From assembly GCA_964560425.1 (NCBI GenBank), contig CAZLLE010000011.1, forward strand, positions 17,626 through 81,625: a DNA stretch of 64,000 bases, given 5' to 3'. Origin of the DNA: an uncultured Campylobacterales bacterium (GTDB lineage: Bacteria > Campylobacterota > Campylobacteria > Campylobacterales > QNZT01). Below the pieces are notes generated by a model, which was not told the origin of the DNA, ran no database searches, and worked only from the letters and a program-made list of their open reading frames with translations. The position numbers were made by a program, and so were the translations under genes. Shown piece by piece: positions 40,010 to 47,784 of the stretch; positions within the stretch are counted from its first letter, which is position 1, and the number at the start of each line of letters is the position of its first letter.

Positions 40010-41341
40010 ATGAATGAAGAACTAATCTTTGATACTCCTATGTTGGTCTCAGCCATAATTATGACTCTCACTTTCATAGGTATCTTTACAGAAGGTTTAC
40101 ATGGTTTTCATAGAACTAAATTTGCAATGCTAGGTGCATTATCAATGATTTTAGCAGGGCAATATTTTGGTTTTTACTCACCAGAACTTGCACTTGAAGC
40201 AATTGATTGGAATGTTGTTCTGCTATTGGGTGCTATGATGACTATTGTTGCTATTATGATTCCAACGGGTGGATTTGAAGTAATTGCATATAAAGTCGCA
40301 CAACTTAGTAAAGGAAAGCTATTTACACTTATGCTGCTCATGGGTACAGCTGTAACTGTTATATCTCTTTTACTAGATAATGTTACAACTGTGGTTATAT
40401 TTGGACCATTAATTGTATTAATTGCACAAGCTCTAAAAGTAAGTCCTATCCCCTATCTTTTAGCCGCAGCACTGCTCTCTGATACAGGTGGAGTAGCTAC
40501 ATTGGTAGGTGATCCTCCTAATCTTATGATTGGATCAGCTGCAAACATTGACTTTAATACTTTTCTTCTTCATATGGGCGGTATTGTATTTTTTGCATGG
40601 CTTAGTGTTATATTTGCTCTAAAATATCTTTTTAAGAAGGAGCTGAGTGTAATACCATTCAAACCAGATTTTTCAAAAATAGCAAAAATTAAAGATAGAG
40701 CTACATGGAATGCATCTTTAATTGTTCTTGGGATAATGGTTGTACTATTTATTTTTCACCACCATTTTGGATGGGATGCATGGGTAGTATCAGCAATTGG
40801 TTTTACTATCTTACTATTTCTTGCCCCAACAATTGAGCTTGATTCGGTATTTCAGAGTGTTGAAATTACACTTTTGACCTTTTTTATTGCACTATTTGTT
40901 CTTGTCGGTGGTGTACATAATAGTCATTTTTTAGAGTACTTAGGAACAATGATATTGCCATTTGTAGAAAAAGATCTAATGACATCAGCACTTCTTTTGA
41001 TGTGGATTGCCGCATTTTTATCAGCAATGATTGATAATATTCCTTTTACAGCGGCAATGATTCCTGTTATTATGGGACTTGAAGCACAAGGTATTAATAT
41101 TACACCATTATGGTGGTCTCTTGCTATTGGAGTAGGTTTAGGGGGTAATGGTTCACATCTAGGATCAACTGCAAATGTATATATTGTAACACTCTCTGAG
41201 AGAGTAGCAAAAGAGAGAAATGATCCATCTTTGGCAATTACACCGGGAGTTTGGTTTAAAAAAGGGACTCCAGCAATGTTAGCAACACTACTTTCCGCCT
41301 CATTGATTATGTGGATATTTTTTGACTTTTTTTCAAAATAA
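40010..41341 (+). CDS. ArsB/NhaD-superfamily permease
   Basis: 443 aa, about 11-12 TM, with the duplicated LLDNVTTVVIF / MIDNIPFTAAMIP motifs typical of this superfamily. Confidence 0.55.
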   Translation: MNEELIFDTPMLVSAIIMTLTFIGIFTEGLHGFHRTKFAMLGALSMILAGQYFGFYSPELALEAIDWNVVLLLGAMMTIVAIMIPTGGFEVIAYKVAQLSKGKLFTLMLLMGTAVTVISLLLDNVTTVVIFGPLIVLIAQALKVSPIPYLLAAALLSDTGGVATLVGDPPNLMIGSAANIDFNTFLLHMGGIVFFAWLSVIFALKYLFKKELSVIPFKPDFSKIAKIKDRATWNASLIVLGIMVVLFIFHHHFGWDAWVVSAIGFTILLFLAPTIELDSVFQSVEITLLTFFIALFVLVGGVHNSHFLEYLGTMILPFVEKDLMTSALLLMWIAAFLSAMIDNIPFTAAMIPVIMGLEAQGINITPLWWSLAIGVGLGGNGSHLGSTANVYIVTLSERVAKERNDPSLAITPGVWFKKGTPAMLATLLSASLIMWIFFDFFSK

Positions 41342-41374
41342 TTAAATTAGATGGGGGATAAATTCCCTATCTGT

Positions 41375-42175
41375 TTACCAATCAAGAATAAGAAATATTG
41401 AAGATAAAAAATAGTCCATTACAAAAACAATAACAGAAGCAGCAACAACAGCTCTTGTAGTAGCTTCACCAACACCTCTTGCTCCACCTTTTGTAAAATA
41501 ACCTACATAAGTTCCAATAGAACCTACAAAAAAGCCAAAAATAAACCCTTTTAAAACACCTGTAAAGATATCGTCAAACTGTAGATACATATTTATAGTA
41601 TTAAGATATACAGTCTCATTTACACTAAGCATACTTACAGAGATTAGATAAGCACTCAAATTTGCTAAAAAATCAAAAAGAATTACCAAAATAGGAAGAG
41701 CAAATGTAGTGGCAATAATACGAGGGATAAGAAGATATTTTTTGGAATCTACTGCCAAAGTATCTAAAGCATCAATCTGCTCTGTTACTCTCATAGTACC
41801 AAGCTCAGCTGCCATTGCACTAATAGCCCTAGAAGTTATCATCAATCCAGCAAAAACAGGACCTAACTCTCTACATATAGATATGAAAATAGGAAATCCC
41901 ATCATACCCTCTGCCCCAAATTGATGAAATCCTTGATAGAGTTGTACTGCTGTTACCATTCCAGTAAATGTACCTGTAAGAACAATCAAACCAATAGAAC
42001 CTATACCAATAATTTCCATCTGTTTAAAAATTTCTTTAATTCTGTAAGGAGGTTTAAAAAAAAGTTTAAAAAGCTTTGCATTAAAGACAAAAAACCGTCC
42101 AAGCTCCTCTAGAAGATCTAAAAAGAAGAAAAAACCTTTACCAAAAAAAGAAAAAAAACTCTCTAAAAGCCCCAT
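41375..42175 (-). CDS. mlaE: MlaE-family ABC transporter permease (no adjacent MlaF/MlaD)
   Basis: Family-typical sequence (GIGSIGLIVLTG, RELGPVFAGLMITSR, GTMRVTEQIDAL). I prefer the ATG at 42175 (MGLLESFF) over the ORF-track Met at 42226. Confidence 0.75.
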   Translation of the reverse strand: MGLLESFFSFFGKGFFFFLDLLEELGRFFVFNAKLFKLFFKPPYRIKEIFKQMEIIGIGSIGLIVLTGTFTGMVTAVQLYQGFHQFGAEGMMGFPIFISICRELGPVFAGLMITSRAISAMAAELGTMRVTEQIDALDTLAVDSKKYLLIPRIIATTFALPILVILFDFLANLSAYLISVSMLSVNETVYLNTINMYLQFDDIFTGVLKGFIFGFFVGSIGTYVGYFTKGGARGVGEATTRAVVAASVIVFVMDYFLSSIFLILDW

Positions 42176-42300
42176 ATAATCTACTCTTCTCCTATTTTTA
42201 TAAAAATAAATCTTACTTTTTGCCAAAAATACTAAACTTTTTTTTCTAAAATACGATTTAGTTAGTGAGTTAAACCAAAAGTATCAAAACTATGCAAGCA

Positions 42301-42315
42301 GGAATGTTTATTGCA
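42301..42315 (+). promoter_or_regulatory. candidate sigma-54 (RpoN) promoter upstream of fliL
   Basis: GGAATgtttaTTGCA has exact GG-N10-GC spacing and GGAA/TTGC cores. It lies 55 nt upstream of the fliL ATG. Confidence 0.4.
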
Positions 42316-42369
42316 TAGTCAGGATTTATTACTTAATTTAACAAAATCATAACACAAGGAAGGAAAATC

Positions 42370-42936
42370 ATGGCTGAAGCAACAGAAAAAACTGAAGTGG
42401 TAGCAAAACAACAAGGTGGTTCTAATGTTCTTTTAATCATTGTAGTTGTTATGCTATTTCTAATTTTGATAGGCGGAGCAGCGGCAGCATATTTTATGCT
42501 AAGCGAAGACACAGCAGTGATAGAGGAGGCAAATAAAGTAGAGAAGAGTGCACCCGTAGCTCAACAGACTCAAAGTGCAAATCCTATGCAACAATCGTCT
42601 GCACCACAAAAAAGAGTAACAAATTATGCAGAGATAGGACCAATGTATCCTATGGATAAATTTATTGTAAATCTATATACAGAGGGAAGTGATAGATATA
42701 TTAAAACTTCTATAAATTTTGAACTAGGAAGTGAAGAATTAAGTGCAGAATTAGATTTAAAACAGCCATTAATAAGAGATATTGTTATTAAAACATTATC
42801 AGCAAAAACTTATGAGGAGATTAGTACAATCAGAGGCAAAGAAAACCTTAAAGATGATATCGTTATGCAAGTTAATCAAGTTTTATCAGATGGTCAAGTT
42901 AACAATATATTTTTCACGGATTTTGTAATCCAATGA
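42370..42936 (+). CDS. fliL: flagellar basal-body-associated protein FliL
   Basis: Single TM, then a FliL-type C-domain (FIVNLYTEGSDRYIKTSINFEL ... IFFTDFVIQ). Confidence 0.8.
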   Translation: MAEATEKTEVVAKQQGGSNVLLIIVVVMLFLILIGGAAAAYFMLSEDTAVIEEANKVEKSAPVAQQTQSANPMQQSSAPQKRVTNYAEIGPMYPMDKFIVNLYTEGSDRYIKTSINFELGSEELSAELDLKQPLIRDIVIKTLSAKTYEEISTIRGKENLKDDIVMQVNQVLSDGQVNNIFFTDFVIQ

Positions 42937-43304
42937 TAGGTATTGATATTGTCAATATTGAAAGATTTGAAAAATTTCTCAAAAGAAAAAATGCTCTAAA
43001 AAAGTATTTATCAGAAGATGAAATGAAATTAATCAAATCACCTTCCACGGCTGCAGGATTTTTTGCAGCCAAAGAGGCAATATCAAAAGCACTAAAAACA
43101 GGAATTGGAACAAGTTGTAGCTTTCATGATATTAGAATATATAAAACAGAAAAAAATGCACCATACTTCACACTAACTAAAAATATAATTAAAAGATTTA
43201 ATATTACAGAAACTTCTCTATCTATTACTCATGATGGAGGCTTTGCAATTGCTGTTGCAATTATTATTCATAAAAATGAAATATCCTTACCTATATCACA
43301 CTAG
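42933..43304 (+). CDS. acpS: holo-[acyl-carrier-protein] synthase
   Basis: MIGIDIVNIERF, FAAKEAISKAL and SLSITHDGGFAIAVAII motifs. 4-nt overlap with fliL. Confidence 0.85.
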   Translation: MIGIDIVNIERFEKFLKRKNALKKYLSEDEMKLIKSPSTAAGFFAAKEAISKALKTGIGTSCSFHDIRIYKTEKNAPYFTLTKNIIKRFNITETSLSITHDGGFAIAVAIIIHKNEISLPISH

Positions 43305-43470
43305 CTAAAAAAATAAAATTAATATATTTATCATTGTAGTTATAAAGTCAAACATTTTATATAATAAAATAGTCTTAATTTGAACTGCTACAAGTTTTTT
43401 TAGTAAATATAAACGCTATTAAGACGATATAGCTTATGAACAACGAAATGTTGCTTAAAAGGAGCATACT

Positions 43471-43659
43471 ATGAATAGAGAAAAAAATAGTAGTCTCATA
43501 GTAGCTTTTCTATTTGCATTTGTAGGGATTTTACTCTCAATAGGTGCAGTAGGAGAACTAATCGGTGATCTACTCAAAAAAGCTAAAACATTCTCTTTAG
43601 CTAAACTTTTTCAAGAAGAAAAGGTAAAACAAGCATCTTTGGTCTCAACTAAAGATTAA
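43471..43659 (+). CDS. hypothetical small membrane protein
   Basis: AAAGGAG RBS 7 nt upstream and one TM segment (LIVAFLFAFVGILLSIGAV). No recognisable family. Confidence 0.4.
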   Translation: MNREKNSSLIVAFLFAFVGILLSIGAVGELIGDLLKKAKTFSLAKLFQEEKVKQASLVSTKD

Positions 43660-43822
43660 AAAAGTCTTGAATTGTTTCCATTTTGGTTTCAAATTCATCA
43701 TATCCATGAGATCCACCCTCTTCTATTAAGAGAGTGGAATCCTCAAATTTTTTCTTCGCATATCTATTTATACTTATCAGCAAGATAAGTAGCATAATAC
43801 CCCCCCAAAAAAAAGAGCCATT
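43649..43822 (-). pseudogene. short open frame ending LLIEEGGSHGYDEF...: possible 3' remnant of an alpha/beta-hydrolase (YqiA-like esterase) gene, or a phase-switchable mini-ORF
   Basis: Below the ORF-track length cutoff. The ATG at 43821 is out of frame by one nucleotide across the T8G7 run (minus strand). Confidence 0.3.
43800..43814. repeat. C7A8 composite homopolymer tract
   Basis: ccccccc (43800-43806) then aaaaaaaa (43807-43814). This is the longest G/C run I found in the window and the only long one outside a conserved gene. Confidence 0.9.
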
Positions 43823-43941
43823 TTAATTATCTCTTCTAGTGTTAAGTACCTAAGCAATATTGACATAATAACGAATATAAATTAATCAAAGTAAAACTTT
43901 ATTTATAGTATTATTATAAAAAATTATACAAAGGATTTAAA

Positions 43942-44715
43942 ATGGATTTACCATTACCACCAATAAGCGTACCATTTACGCTTCCAATAGATATACCTCT
44001 TTTGGCACACCCACCACTTGTACATTTTGCAATTGTTTTACCACTAATTGTATTAGTATTAGAGATTATCAACAGTTTTGCAAAGAAGAAGACTCTATCT
44101 GTCATTAATATAGGCATGTTATTTATGATTATGGTTATCATGGTTGGTGCTTTTTTCACAGGAAAAACAGATGCAACAGAGGCTTTTGAACTACTCTCTA
44201 AAGCGGGTAAAGAGACACTAGGTGAACATAAACTAATTGGAGCATATCTTTTATACTTCTCAATTGCACTATTTGTTATAAAACTAATATCTGCATCAAT
44301 TAGAAAAGGCTGGTTGAGAATGCTCTACATCCTCCTACTTGCTGGTTTTGTTGCATTTACATTTTATCAAGGTAAAGAGGGTGGAGAGCTTGTATTTAAA
44401 CATGGTACAAGTGTAGCCGCTTTAGCTACAGCTGAAGAGACTATATTTGATCTAAAAGATGAGATGGGCGATCTTCAAGAAGAGTTAAAAGAGTATACAG
44501 ATGAAGCAGAAGAGAGTGCAACTCCAACAGAAGAAAAAGCTGAGGAAACTGTAACTCCAACAGAAGAAGCAACTGAAGTGAAATCTGAAGAGACTACAAC
44601 TTCATCAGAAGAGGCAACTGAAGTAAAATCTAAAGAGACTACAACTCCAACAGAGGAACTAGATGTGGAAGAGACTGAATCTATAAAAGAAGAAGTGGCA
44701 ATACCAAAAAATTAA
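43942..44715 (+). CDS. DUF2231-like membrane protein with acidic Thr/Glu-rich repeat tail
   Basis: HPPLVHFAIVLPL motif, four TM segments, then a C-terminal TPTEE/EEATEVKS repeat region. Confidence 0.55.
   Translation: MDLPLPPISVPFTLPIDIPLLAHPPLVHFAIVLPLIVLVLEIINSFAKKKTLSVINIGMLFMIMVIMVGAFFTGKTDATEAFELLSKAGKETLGEHKLIGAYLLYFSIALFVIKLISASIRKGWLRMLYILLLAGFVAFTFYQGKEGGELVFKHGTSVAALATAEETIFDLKDEMGDLQEELKEYTDEAEESATPTEEKAEETVTPTEEATEVKSEETTTSSEEATEVKSKETTTPTEELDVEETESIKEEVAIPKN
44563..44652 (+). repeat. two tandem 45-bp in-frame coding repeats
   Basis: gaagaagcaactgaagtgaaatctgaagagactacaacttcatca versus gaagaggcaactgaagtaaaatctaaagagactacaactccaaca. Confidence 0.85.
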
Positions 44716-44718
44716 GAA

Positions 44719-44746
44719 AGTCACTCCGACTCAAATCGGAGTGACT
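44719..44746. terminator. bidirectional terminator between convergent genes
   Basis: AGTCACTCCGA-ctcaaa-TCGGAGTGACT: an 11-bp perfect stem with an A-run before it and a T-run after it on the minus strand. Confidence 0.7.
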
Positions 44747-44857
44747 AAATAAACACTCCCTATTTAGAGGTAGGTTGTGACAGGCCTAAATCTAAATATG
44801 GAGGAGAAATATATCATAAAAAATAGAATTTTTCTACTATATTTTTAATAAAAATTA

Positions 44858-45886
44858 TTAATTTTGAAATATTAAATTTATTGTAAAAATATTTTGATTT
44901 ACTTCAATATTTTTTTTAATATTTAGCTCATCTGATAGCTTTTGAACTATATGAAGACCTATTCCCAAACCTCTTTGACTCTCTTTATAAAATCTATTAA
45001 ACAGTTTTGAGGGATTTTTTATTCCATAGCTATCATTGCGAATAGTTAATTTTCCATCCTTAGCAATAATCTCTATAAAACCAGTAGATTTATTGTATTT
45101 ACAAGCATTACTAAGTAGATTATAAATAATACGGCTTAAAGCATTTCTATCAGATTTGATACTAAAATCTTCAATATCAATCTTCCAATCCAAATAATCA
45201 TACATAGAGGAGAAAAATTTTACTTGCTCTTGCACAACATCTTTAATAAAAAGTGGCTCCTTCTTAAACTTCATATCTCTCAAATAAGTATCCAAATTTT
45301 TATGCAACATAGAGATTGCTTTAGCACTTATGGCGATACTTTCTACCTCTTCACCTCTTTGGGGCATCATTTTTAGATTAAGTAAAATAGAGGTGATAGG
45401 GGTATTTAGATCATGAATAATATCACGAATAAACTCCTCAAGAAGTTTCAAAGAGTCTCTCATCGGACGAAGAGCATAAAAAGAGAATAGAAGCGAAATT
45501 AAAATAGCTACAAGAGAGAGCATAAAAAAATATAAAAAGGTAGTATCTCTAACTTTTGCAAGAGTCTTGTTATAAGAGGATATAGGATAGTAAACTTTTA
45601 GAAGATCATTATCTTCTTTGGAAAATGGAACCAAAATATAGAGACTCTCCTCATCTTTGTAAAGCTCATAAAGTTTACTATCTTTTTTCTTATCTACAAT
45701 ATCAATATCAAAACGATCATCATCAAAAAAGAGACTATAATTTTTCATCTCCAAAAAAAGGTTTTCACCCAAATGTTCATCTTCAAGCTGATAGTGTCTA
45801 TATAAAATTACTATTAAAAAAAGTTCAATCACTATAAAAAAGAGTAAAAACCCCTTTATTAAAGACTCTTTTTCATAAACTTTCAA
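44858..45886 (-). CDS. sensor histidine kinase
   Basis: Two TM segments around a roughly 100-aa periplasmic loop, H-box IHDLNTPITS, and an ATPase region with GLGIGLHIV. 14-nt overlap with the regulator gene. Confidence 0.85.
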   Translation of the reverse strand: MKVYEKESLIKGFLLFFIVIELFLIVILYRHYQLEDEHLGENLFLEMKNYSLFFDDDRFDIDIVDKKKDSKLYELYKDEESLYILVPFSKEDNDLLKVYYPISSYNKTLAKVRDTTFLYFFMLSLVAILISLLFSFYALRPMRDSLKLLEEFIRDIIHDLNTPITSILLNLKMMPQRGEEVESIAISAKAISMLHKNLDTYLRDMKFKKEPLFIKDVVQEQVKFFSSMYDYLDWKIDIEDFSIKSDRNALSRIIYNLLSNACKYNKSTGFIEIIAKDGKLTIRNDSYGIKNPSKLFNRFYKESQRGLGIGLHIVQKLSDELNIKKNIEVNQNIFTINLIFQN

Positions 45887-46520
45887 TTTTATACCCTACT
45901 CCTCTCACATTTTTGATATCCACATTCAACGATTTTTTTAGTTTATTTATATTAACACGAAGTGCTAAATCAGTAGGTTTTTCCAAAAGCATCAAAAGAT
46001 CCTCTTTTACTACAGGATTTGGATATTCACGAATGAGAGCCATAAAAATATGTTTTTGTACATCACCAATATTAATAAGCTGATTATCTCGATAGATCTC
46101 CCCTTTATCCAAATCAATCATCAAATCTTTATATTTTGTTCTACTTTTTAAAGATGCTGTTTTAGCTTTGATTCTAATAAGTAACTCATCAGGATCAAAT
46201 GGCTTTTTTACATAATCATCTGCCCCTGCAATAAACCCCCTACTTACAGACTCAATATCTATCAAAGCACTAATAATAATAGTAGGTGTAAAATCATCAG
46301 CATCTCTAAGTAAACTCAAAAGATCAATACCATTAATCAATGGTACATTGATATCAAAAAGATAGAGATCATATCTATTTTCATAAGAGAGATCAACCGC
46401 CTCTTCACCATTTTTTGCCCAATCCACACTAAAACCATTTATACTTAGATACTTTATCAAGCTTTTTGAGAGAAGAGGATCATCCTCTAGTAATAATATT
46501 TTAATCAAAACGAACTCCAA
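45873..46520 (-). CDS. OmpR/PhoB-family response regulator
   Basis: ILLLEDDP, DLYLFDINVP and KKPF, plus a winged helix ending VRGVGYKIE. Confidence 0.9.
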   Translation of the reverse strand: MEFVLIKILLLEDDPLLSKSLIKYLSINGFSVDWAKNGEEAVDLSYENRYDLYLFDINVPLINGIDLLSLLRDADDFTPTIIISALIDIESVSRGFIAGADDYVKKPFDPDELLIRIKAKTASLKSRTKYKDLMIDLDKGEIYRDNQLINIGDVQKHIFMALIREYPNPVVKEDLLMLLEKPTDLALRVNINKLKKSLNVDIKNVRGVGYKIESL

Positions 46521-47286
46521 ACCTCAGAGATAGAGAGTTATCATAAGATAAATCATCTAATGCATGAGAGTAATTGAGACTCATAAAATATCTATCTGAA
46601 AATTCATAACTATTAAACCAAGAGATAGCACTATAAGAGTCGCTATCTTGATATATAGATTGGCTATAATCATAAGAGAGGGAACTATACCATTTATTAT
46701 TTATTTCACATCCAAAACCAGCAGAAAATGAACTACTATTTTGGTAATCTACCTCATCACTATCACCATTAAGACTAAATCCATAATATAAAAATATATC
46801 CCATCCATCATCCAAATAATAATCAAGATTGATAGAAGATAGATAATCATTCTCTCCACTACCTATATCCTCATCACCTGTGGCAAATTTAATTCCAAGG
46901 CTGATATAAGTGTTTAAATTTTTATAGTAGTAATTATATCCTCCACTCAAATACAAGTCACCCATCCCTGAGACACTATTTTCAAAAGTATCATAATAGT
47001 TATAGTTTGAAAGTGAAACATCAAAATTATTTTTTGAGTATGAACCAAAAAAGTTAAAACTAGAACTACCATTATCACTATCATCAAAATTAAAATCAGA
47101 GCCAATTTTTAGAAGGATTTTACCTCCACTTCCACCACCAATAGGACAACCACTCTCATCAACCAAAAGATCAAAAGGGGTATTAAGACACTGATCAATA
47201 GTATCATCTACCCCATCAATATCATAATCTTCATAAGCAAAAAGTGAAATTTGAGCTAAAAGAAATATTACATATAAATTTTTCAT
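46501..47286 (-). CDS. outer-membrane beta-barrel protein with N-terminal thrombospondin type-3-like Ca-binding repeat
   Basis: Start taken at the ATG at 47286 (MKNLYVIFLLAQISLFA signal). DIDGVDDTIDQCLNTP...DESGCP, then a Tyr/Ser/Asp-rich strand pattern. Confidence 0.55.
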   Translation of the reverse strand: MKNLYVIFLLAQISLFAYEDYDIDGVDDTIDQCLNTPFDLLVDESGCPIGGGSGGKILLKIGSDFNFDDSDNGSSSFNFFGSYSKNNFDVSLSNYNYYDTFENSVSGMGDLYLSGGYNYYYKNLNTYISLGIKFATGDEDIGSGENDYLSSINLDYYLDDGWDIFLYYGFSLNGDSDEVDYQNSSSFSAGFGCEINNKWYSSLSYDYSQSIYQDSDSYSAISWFNSYEFSDRYFMSLNYSHALDDLSYDNSLSLRFGVRFD

Positions 47287-47287
47287 C

Positions 47288-47680
47288 TTAAGACTTTGGT
47301 GAATGCTGTTTATTTGGTCTATTTTTATGCTTACCATGCTCTTTTTGCTTCTCTTGTGGTAGCTTATTATGAATTTTATTTGCTGGATTTTCTATTTTTT
47401 GAGACTTATTTTTACAATTTTGTCCCGCTTTATTTTGTAAGTGAAGACCTTTATTTTTAGAAAATGATTTTTTCAAATCCATCATAACGGCTCTTCTTGA
47501 CTCTCTATTCATAGATCGAAGTTTCATTTTTAGAGCATTCATCTCTACTCTTCTCTGCGATGCAGGAGCTGATTTCACCTTCTCAATTAAATTTTTTATC
47601 TCTGTATCATGAGGTTCATCACTATAAACAATAGTACCCCTACCAATAAAAAGTATTAAAATTAAAATATATCTATACAC
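47288..47680 (-). CDS. small secreted basic helical protein (unknown family)
   Basis: GTG start 6 nt after AAAGGAG. Signal peptide, a helical Arg/Met-rich core and a Lys/Asn/His-rich tail. TAA-g-ATG junction with the next gene. Confidence 0.55.
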   Translation of the reverse strand: MYRYILILILFIGRGTIVYSDEPHDTEIKNLIEKVKSAPASQRRVEMNALKMKLRSMNRESRRAVMMDLKKSFSKNKGLHLQNKAGQNCKNKSQKIENPANKIHNKLPQEKQKEHGKHKNRPNKQHSPKS

Positions 47681-47704
47681 AGCAAACTCCTTTTCATTTT
47701 AAAG

Positions 47705-47722
47705 GTGTGGTGAGAACACCAC
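47705..47722 (-). terminator. weak hairpin after the RND gene (possible attenuating terminator)
   Basis: TGTGGTG-agaa-CACCACA, with a poor U-run. Confidence 0.3.
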
Positions 47723-47744
47723 AGCTTACGGATTAATTTAAATG

Positions 47745-47776
47745 GATTATAGAATATATTTGTTAGTAAAATGTTA
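47745..47776 (-). promoter_or_regulatory. GTAACA-N5-CTAACA-N9-TATAAT promoter/regulator box
   Basis: Gene-strand reading is GTAACAttttaCTAACAaatatattcTATAAT. The hexamers sit at 47771-47776 and 47760-47765, and the -10 at 47745-47750. Confidence 0.6.
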
Positions 47777-47784
47777 CCTTCACT

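Noticed and set aside
43914-44159. 81-aa minus-strand ORF overlapping the start of the DUF2231-like gene
   Set aside because: It overlaps a plus-strand gene that has a family-typical HPPLVHF motif and TM pattern. The antisense peptide has no features of its own.
44518-44655. Possibility that the regularly repeated 45-bp units are a small CRISPR-like array
   Set aside because: The units are directly adjacent with no spacers, stay in frame within a long ORF, and encode a coherent acidic repeat. I saw no CRISPR array anywhere in the window.
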